Below are positions 47,164-52,707 of a DNA stretch of 52,707 bases, piece after piece. The stretch is from contig CAZCRB010000006.1 in NCBI GenBank assembly GCA_964500985.1, positions 1 through 52,707 on the forward strand. Reading direction: 5' to 3'. The stretch is from an uncultured Eubacteriales bacterium (GTDB taxonomy: Bacteria; Actinomycetota; Coriobacteriia; Anaerosomatales; PHET01). Made by a program: the position numbers and the translations under genes. Below the pieces are notes generated by a model. It made no database searches and was not told the origin of the DNA. It was given only the letters and a program-made list of their open reading frames with translations. Position 1 is the first letter of the stretch. Each line of letters starts with the position of its first letter.

Positions 47164-48264
47164 TCACTCCCCCTTAGTCGCAACCCACGCATCGAGGTGG
47201 GCCGATACCGTGTCATCCTTCACCGGCGAACAGCGCCACAGGCCCGGCCCGTCCACCAACACCATCCGCACGACGCGCGAGCGCGCCTTCTTGTCGCTGC
47301 GCATCGCGTCGAGCAACGGCCCCGGTTGCGTGCGAACGTCGAGCGCGGTCAGGCCGAGAGCGTCGAGCAAGCGGTCCTGCCGCTTGATGAACGCGGCATC
47401 GGCCTGCCCCGCATCAGCAGATACCCGCGAGGCGAAGCGCATCCCCTCGGCCACCGCGGCTCCGTGCGTGAACGTCCCGTAGCCGCACACCTTCTCGAGC
47501 GCGTGCCCGAACGTGTGACCGTAGTTGAGGCATTCCCGCGGCCCCTCCTCGCGCTCATCGCGCGCGACGACCCGCGCTTTGAACTCCACAGAGCGCCGCA
47601 CCGCCTGCTCGACCGTGCCGGGGTCTCGCTCGCCGAGCAGCCCCGCATGCTCCTCGATCCAGCCGAGGAACTCCTCGCCGTCGAGCACGGCGCTCTTCGC
47701 CACCTCGGCAAGGCCGCTGAGCCATTCCGTGTCGGGCAGCGTCTTCAGCGTGTCGGTGTCGGCCAAGACAAGCAGCGGCTGTTTGAACGCGCCGGCAAGG
47801 TTCTTGCCCGCCTGCAGATCCACCGCGGTCTTCCCGCCGACAGACGAGTCGACCATCGCGAGCAGGCTCGTGGGCACCTGGACGAACTCGACTCCGCGCA
47901 GGTACGTCGCGGCGACGAACCCGGCCAGATCGCCGACGACGCCACCGCCGAGCGCGACCACGACACTCGTCCTATCGAGCGCCTTGGCGGCCAGCGCCTC
48001 CAGAAGCTCGCCGGCGACCGACCAGCTCTTCGACGCCTCCCCTGCGGGCACCCGAAACGACGTCACCGAGAATCCCGCGCGGGCAAGCGACGTGTCGAGC
48101 GCGAGTCCGTAGCGCTCGGCGACGTTGGTGTCGGTGATGAGAGCGACCGACTTCGACGAGGTCAGCGCCCTGAGACGGGTACCCGCCTCGGCGAGCAGCC
48201 CCTCCCCGATGACGACCTGATACTCGGCGCCCGGAACGGCGACGTCGACGATGGACCGGGTCAC
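47164..48264 (-). CDS. aroB: 3-dehydroquinate synthase
   Basis: 366 aa; GGGVVGDLAGFVAATYLRG and the metal ligands HGHAL / THGAAVA. Confidence 0.9.
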   Translation of the reverse strand: MTRSIVDVAVPGAEYQVVIGEGLLAEAGTRLRALTSSKSVALITDTNVAERYGLALDTSLARAGFSVTSFRVPAGEASKSWSVAGELLEALAAKALDRTSVVVALGGGVVGDLAGFVAATYLRGVEFVQVPTSLLAMVDSSVGGKTAVDLQAGKNLAGAFKQPLLVLADTDTLKTLPDTEWLSGLAEVAKSAVLDGEEFLGWIEEHAGLLGERDPGTVEQAVRRSVEFKARVVARDEREEGPRECLNYGHTFGHALEKVCGYGTFTHGAAVAEGMRFASRVSADAGQADAAFIKRQDRLLDALGLTALDVRTQPGPLLDAMRSDKKARSRVVRMVLVDGPGLWRCSPVKDDTVSAHLDAWVATKGE

Positions 48265-48782
48265 GAAGCACTCTCCTTGAGCGAATCGAAGATCTCGTCG
48301 GCAACCTGCTCGGGCAGGCGGCCCACGGTGTCGACGGTGATATCGGCAGCGGCCTTGTACAGCGCCTCACGCGCGGCGAGCAGGCTGGTCGCCGCAAGCG
48401 TGCCCGCGCCGCCGGCGAGCAGCGGGCGCGTCGACGCGTCGCCCACCCGGGCGACCGCCTCACCGGCGGTGACCCGCAGGTAGACCACGGTGCCCAGCGA
48501 GTGCAGATGCGTGCGGTTCTCGGGCCTCAGCACCACGCCACCGCCACAGGCGACGACCGAGGGCGGGCATGCGGCAAGGGACGCGAGCGCCTCGGTCTCC
48601 AGTGCGCGGAAGCCCTCCTCGCCGCGGGATGCGAACAGCTCGGAGACGCTGGCCTGCGCGCCCTGCTCGATCACGCTGTCGAGGTCGACGAACGGCATCC
48701 GGACGCGCTCTGAAAGCAGGCGACCGACGGTGGACTTGCCGGCGCCCATGAAGCCGATCAGGAATACGTGTCCGCGCGTCAT
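48261..48782 (-). CDS. aroK: Shikimate kinase
   Basis: Walker A GFMGAGKSTVG. The ATG at 48782 overlaps the aroC stop (ATGA). The track ORF (to 48923) adds 47 R/C-rich residues inside aroC. Confidence 0.85.
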   Translation of the reverse strand: MTRGHVFLIGFMGAGKSTVGRLLSERVRMPFVDLDSVIEQGAQASVSELFASRGEEGFRALETEALASLAACPPSVVACGGGVVLRPENRTHLHSLGTVVYLRVTAGEAVARVGDASTRPLLAGGAGTLAATSLLAAREALYKAAADITVDTVGRLPEQVADEIFDSLKESAS

Positions 48783-49924
48783 CGGGCTATGCGCGCCCGG
48801 TACGCGTCCAGCGCACCGAGCATGTCGACGAGCGCGTCCGAGCCGAACTTCTCGCAGTAGGCGCGCGCCAGCACGAAGGCGACCTCGGCCTCCGCGACAA
48901 CGGCTGCGGCAGGCACCGCACACACGTCGCTGCGCTCCTTCGAGGCATCGACCGGCTGGCGCGTGTCGAGATCGAAGCTCGCCAAGGGTCGCATGAGCGT
49001 CGGAATCGGCTTCATGGCGGCACGTACGACGAGCGTCTCGCCGTTGCTCATGCCGCCCTCCAGACCTCCTGCGCGGTTGGTCGCCCGCGTGACGCCGAGC
49101 TGAGGATCGTAGGCCAAAGCGTCGTGGACCTCGCTGCCCGGCAGGGCGGCCCCGGCAAAACCATCACCGAACTCGACGCCCTTGATTGCGGGAATCGACA
49201 CGACCGCCGCGGCGAGACGGGCGTCAAGACGGCCATCGGCCTCGGCGTATGTGCCAAGCCCGGGAACGAGCCCTCTCGCCCGTACGACGAACACCCCGCC
49301 GAGTGACTCTCCGTCTGCGCGCGCCTGGTCGATCGCCGCCATCATCGCGCCTGCAACCGCCTCGTCGGGGCAGCGCACGGGGCTCGCCTCGACTACTGCG
49401 GGGTCTACGGTATCGGCATCGAGCGCTGCGCGCGCCGGCCCGATGGCCTCGACGTACGAGTCCACCGAGACACCGAGCTCGCGCAACAGCGCCTTGGCAA
49501 CGCCGCCGGCCGCGACGCGTGCGGCCGTCTCTCGGGCGCTGGCGCGCTCGAGGATGTCCCTGCAATCGTCCGACGCCGTCTTCAAGACGCCGGGAAGGTC
49601 AGCGTGACCCGGGCGGGGCGCGACTTCGCGGATACCGTCGGGCTTGGCCCCTGAGACCGCCATGACGTCAAGCCAGTTGTCCCAGTCCTTGTTGGCGACA
49701 GCCAGCGACACCGGCGACCCGATCGTCCGGCTGAAGCGCACGCCGGAGAGGATGGCGACCTTGTCGGTCTCGATACGCATACGGCCGCCGCGGCCGTAGC
49801 CGCCCTGACGGCGCGCCAGATCGGCGTCGATGTCGGCGGCCTCGATCGGCACACCCGCGGGCACGCCGGTGACGATGGCATTCAGTGCTCGGCCGTGGGA
49901 TTCGCCTGCGGTGACATAGCGCAT
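48779..49924 (-). CDS. aroC: Chorismate synthase
   Basis: MRYVTAGESHG... N-terminus. The ATG at 49924 is in frame with the TTG track start at 49942. Confidence 0.9.
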   Translation of the reverse strand: MRYVTAGESHGRALNAIVTGVPAGVPIEAADIDADLARRQGGYGRGGRMRIETDKVAILSGVRFSRTIGSPVSLAVANKDWDNWLDVMAVSGAKPDGIREVAPRPGHADLPGVLKTASDDCRDILERASARETAARVAAGGVAKALLRELGVSVDSYVEAIGPARAALDADTVDPAVVEASPVRCPDEAVAGAMMAAIDQARADGESLGGVFVVRARGLVPGLGTYAEADGRLDARLAAAVVSIPAIKGVEFGDGFAGAALPGSEVHDALAYDPQLGVTRATNRAGGLEGGMSNGETLVVRAAMKPIPTLMRPLASFDLDTRQPVDASKERSDVCAVPAAAVVAEAEVAFVLARAYCEKFGSDALVDMLGALDAYRARIAR

Positions 49925-49997
49925 GCGCTGGCACCCTTTCAAAGGGGTCGGAAGCGTGCGCAGATTCTACCAGACAGGGTGCGCGCAGCGTGGGCCG

Positions 49998-50627
49998 CTA
50001 CTTGGTGATGCCCTGGCCCACGGAGATCGACACCTGCGTATCGCCATAGAGCATGACCGCGCCCGTCTCGGACAGCGACAGCACCTTCCACGGCGTGCCC
50101 GGCAACGTGTCGCCCTCGGCCACGAGATAGACCGTGTCGTTCCACAAGAAGGTGGCCACGAGAATCCCGTTGACGCTCGTCACGCTCTGCAGGTACAGCG
50201 TGTCGGCGGGCAGGTCGGTGGGAACGGAGCCGGAGCCCGTCGAGCCGGTCGTCGTCGATGCCGTGGTCGAAGCAACCGGCGGCTTCACGGTCGGCGCGAA
50301 GATGTTGCGGAACGTGAACGTCTCGTCGAGCGGCGGCGTCGCCGGCTTGGTGATGCTGGCCTCGGCACTCGCGCTCGTGGTGGTGGACTTCACCGGCGTG
50401 TTGATCGTCTTGACCTCGATCGACGTGTCGGCCGAGTCGCCGCCCAGCACGAAGAAGTAGACCAGACCGCCGATCACGGCCAGCAGCACGACGAGGATCA
50501 GGCCGCCGACGATCAGCTTGCCCGACGTCGTGGCGAGATAGCCCGCGAGCCCGCCTGCGGGCTTGTCGGAAGCAACGGGGTCGCTCATCGGCTGTGGCTG
50601 CCCAGGGGTGCCCATCATGTTATCCAC
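49998..50627 (-). CDS. Hypothetical bitopic membrane protein downstream of pilO (possible PilP-like pilus assembly component)
   Basis: 209 aa. A cytoplasmic N-tail is followed by a TM helix (LIVGGLILVVLLAVIGGLVYFFVL), a Thr/Ser-rich linker, and a ~90-aa beta-rich C-domain. Assignment is by position in the pilM-N-O-x operon only. Confidence 0.55.
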   Translation of the reverse strand: MDNMMGTPGQPQPMSDPVASDKPAGGLAGYLATTSGKLIVGGLILVVLLAVIGGLVYFFVLGGDSADTSIEVKTINTPVKSTTTSASAEASITKPATPPLDETFTFRNIFAPTVKPPVASTTASTTTGSTGSGSVPTDLPADTLYLQSVTSVNGILVATFLWNDTVYLVAEGDTLPGTPWKVLSLSETGAVMLYGDTQVSISVGQGITK

Positions 50628-50645
50628 TGCGGTCCACCTCCTCGG

Positions 50646-51281
50646 CTACTGGGCCGGAGCAGGCACGGCTGCTCCGGGTGACTTGACGGGTGCTGCGGGG
50701 ATGACGAAGACGTTGAAGTCGATGTTCGTGGGGATCGAGTAGTACGGCAGCTTCAGGTTCTGGTCGGCGACCTCGGACACACCCAGCGGCGGACCGGACT
50801 CGAACGACGTGATCCTCGCCTGCCGGGTCAGCGTCTGGATGCGGTCGAGGAACTCGATGGTGTCGGCCCAGGTGCCCCAAATCGTCACTCCGACGGGCAC
50901 CGACTGGTAGGCGCCGTCCTCGCTCGGGATCGTCTCCTTGCCGGGCTCCACGCGCTCGAGATACACACCCGAGTCGTAGGCGATGTCCTGCAGCTCGATG
51001 ATGAGCGAAGGAAGCTCGGGGTTCTCGGGAAAGCCCGTGAGCAGCTCGAGCAGCGAGGCATCGGTCGCCACGGCGCGAGACTTGATCTGCGTGCGCTGGT
51101 CGAGGAGCAACCGCGCCGCGTCCGACTCCTGCTGCGCGGTCTGGATCTCCGCATCGAGCGCGCCCATCTTCTGGAACGTCGGCACGATGAGGACCAACAC
51201 GAGCGCCACGACGATGAGCAGGCCGGCGCCGGCCGTGAGAAGCAGCAGGTTGCGGGTCGACAGATTGAGCTTGCTCATCAC
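50646..51281 (-). CDS. pilO: Type IV pilus assembly protein PilO
   Basis: 211 aa with N-TM, coiled coil and a PilO-like periplasmic domain. Overlaps pilN by 4 nt. Confidence 0.75.
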   Translation of the reverse strand: MMSKLNLSTRNLLLLTAGAGLLIVVALVLVLIVPTFQKMGALDAEIQTAQQESDAARLLLDQRTQIKSRAVATDASLLELLTGFPENPELPSLIIELQDIAYDSGVYLERVEPGKETIPSEDGAYQSVPVGVTIWGTWADTIEFLDRIQTLTRQARITSFESGPPLGVSEVADQNLKLPYYSIPTNIDFNVFVIPAAPVKSPGAAVPAPAQ

Positions 51282-51901
51282 TGACCCCCCGCCGTCGCCG
51301 TGGGCGGTACGCTCAACTTCGACGTGACCGAGTACGTGAGGACATCCACGCCTCCGGATGTCTCCACCGAACTCTGAAACTCGCTAAACGTCGCGGTCTC
51401 AGCACTGTCAAGCCAAACGTCGTACATCGCCGGCAGTGAGCTGAGCCTCACGAGGAATGATGCAATTGCCTTGTATCCTTCATCGACGTCGGTCCCGAAG
51501 GGGGTCGGCGAGTAGCCGTCAACAGCGAAGCCGTCGGTCTCCGACGCAAGGAACCGGCTCGTCCACAACGTGTCGGGCATGACGTAGGTGACCTCTTCGG
51601 CGAGTGCCCCCATGTCGATGCGTCCCGCGAGCGCGGCGGTGGCGGCCTCCTTCTTGGCTGCGACCTCCTTCTCGCGTGCCTCGAAGATCGAGAGCGACTG
51701 GGCACGCTTGTCCAACGCGGCGGTATCCTGCTGCGTCTGCGCGAGCGTGTCCTCCTGGGAGGCGACGAGAAACTGCATGCCCGCCCACGTGAGTATCACG
51801 AGGCCGACCAGCACGCCAACGATGATGAACACAATCGGAAAGAAGCGCTCATACTTCCGGCGCTCGACTATCTCAGGCGGGAGGAGATTGACCTTGATCA
51901 T
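51278..51901 (-). CDS. pilN: Type IV pilus assembly protein PilN
   Basis: MIKVNLLP N-terminal signature, single TM, coiled coil. Confidence 0.75.
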   Translation of the reverse strand: MIKVNLLPPEIVERRKYERFFPIVFIIVGVLVGLVILTWAGMQFLVASQEDTLAQTQQDTAALDKRAQSLSIFEAREKEVAAKKEAATAALAGRIDMGALAEEVTYVMPDTLWTSRFLASETDGFAVDGYSPTPFGTDVDEGYKAIASFLVRLSSLPAMYDVWLDSAETATFSEFQSSVETSGGVDVLTYSVTSKLSVPPTATAGGQ

Positions 51902-51904
51902 CTG

Positions 51905-52707
51905 CTACTCCCCCAATGCCAGGCCGATGGCGGACGCGGAACCCATCCGGTCGTCGAGTGCCGCGGCCTCGACACTCGAGGTCAGCGCGATACGACCGAG
52001 TGGATCGCCCAGGATGACCTCGGTCTGAAGCCCCTTCTCAAGGTAGCTCGGAAGGTTCTTCAGCATTGCTGCGCTGCCGGTGAGCACGATGCGGCTGATG
52101 GTTCTGACCTGAGTGGTCTGGGTCAGGTAGTAGTCAAGGGAGCGGCGGACTTCCGCGATGAAGCGGTTCATCTCGCGCTCAAGCGCCTGTTGGGCAACCT
52201 GCAGCATCTCCGGATCAACACCGGGCACGATCGACGGAGTGCCGTCGAGGGACGGCAGCCCGACGCGGATCTTGAGCGCCTCGGCCTCGTCATAGGTGAG
52301 GTTAAGCACGTTGGCTATCGCCTGGGTGAACTGGTTGCCCGCGAGCGAGGACACGCGGTTGAAGCGCGGAACACCTCGCTCGACCACGACGATGCTGGAC
52401 AGTCCCGACGTCAGCTGCAGGATCGCGGTCGCCTGACCGGACTCCTCCGACGCGAACAGGCCGGTGTCCACACCGAGCACTGAACGGACGAGCGCGAATG
52501 CCGTCAGGTCGATACGCTCAAGCTTGAGGCCGGCGGCATCGACGGCCTCGACCGCGTTGTTGATCATGTCGCGCTGGGCCGCCACGAGCAGCACTTCCAT
52601 CATGTGCTCGTCAGACGGCGTCATGTAGTCGCTGATCACGTCGAAGGACAGGATCGCCTCTTCGATCGGGATCGGGATGTAGTCCTGGGCCTGGTACTGG
52701 ATAGCGC
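51905..52707 (-). CDS. pilM: Type IV pilus assembly ATPase-like protein PilM, C-terminal part (5' end beyond the window)
   Basis: The minus-strand frame stays open to the window end (…AIQYQAQDYIPIPIEEAILSFDVISDYMTPSDEH…), so the ATG at 52639 is internal. Actin-like fold motifs (IVLTGSAAMLKNLPSYLE). Confidence 0.8.
   Translation of the reverse strand, partial: AIQYQAQDYIPIPIEEAILSFDVISDYMTPSDEHMMEVLLVAAQRDMINNAVEAVDAAGLKLERIDLTAFALVRSVLGVDTGLFASEESGQATAILQLTSGLSSIVVVERGVPRFNRVSSLAGNQFTQAIANVLNLTYDEAEALKIRVGLPSLDGTPSIVPGVDPEMLQVAQQALEREMNRFIAEVRRSLDYYLTQTTQVRTISRIVLTGSAAMLKNLPSYLEKGLQTEVILGDPLGRIALTSSVEAAALDDRMGSASAIGLALGE

Noticed and set aside
1-52707. Search for tRNA/rRNA genes, CRISPR repeats, IS elements/transposases, integrases with att sites, toxin-antitoxin pairs or defence systems
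   Set aside because: None recognised. Coding density is about 95% with housekeeping genes. The only recombinase is a chromosomal XerD-type enzyme. No repeat arrays or low-GC islands of gene size were seen.

Overview
This is a high-GC window (about 68-70% GC by eye) that reads as core, syntenic chromosome of an actinobacterium-like organism; nearly every gene is on the minus strand.

Gene content, left to right:
- A complete dcw (division/cell-wall) cluster on the minus strand: mraZ-rsmH-ftsL-ftsI-murE-murF-mraY-murD-ftsW-murG-murC. murC is truncated by the window start, and most junctions are translationally coupled.
- A divergent intergenic region (11795-12361) with candidate promoters and an unannotated 43-codon membrane-peptide ORF.
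- A plus-strand DUF4349-like gene coupled to an 85-aa two-TM protein.
- A BMP/PnrA-type nucleoside ABC transporter operon (lipoprotein SBP, tandem-NBD ATPase, two permeases).
- xerD-like recombinase, flotillin/SPFH protein, alanine dehydrogenase, a DUF3866-like protein, an M20 peptidase and pyrG.
- A four-gene envelope/glycan module: MraY/WecA-like GT4 phosphotransferase; a 783-aa membrane protein with an N-terminal alkaline-phosphatase-superfamily-like ectodomain; MurJ; and a Dpm1/GpgS-like GT2.
- steB(mctB-like)-steA-recN-ppnK-tlyA-dxs-xseB-nusB-asp23-accC-pycB-efp-pepP-aroQ-aroB-aroK-aroC.
- Type IV pilus inner-membrane assembly genes (PilP-like?, pilO, pilN, pilM partial at the window end).

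I found no rRNA, tRNA, CRISPR array, IS/transposon, phage or defence-island signature. The many long ORFs antisense to these genes are GC-driven artefacts.

Nothing here looks like a compelling wholly new system. The things most worth a second look are:
- the envelope module inserted into the conserved steB-pyrG junction, especially the reversed-topology AP-like membrane protein;
- the small-protein ORF with its own promoter next to the dcw promoter;
- a candidate MraZ operator;
- a two-subunit pyruvate-carboxylase-like accC/pycB pair sitting where accB normally is;
- an orphan xseB with an acidic tail.

Coordinates for hand-located motifs (promoters, hairpins) may be off by about 1 nt. Gene coordinates are anchored to the supplied ORF track by codon arithmetic.
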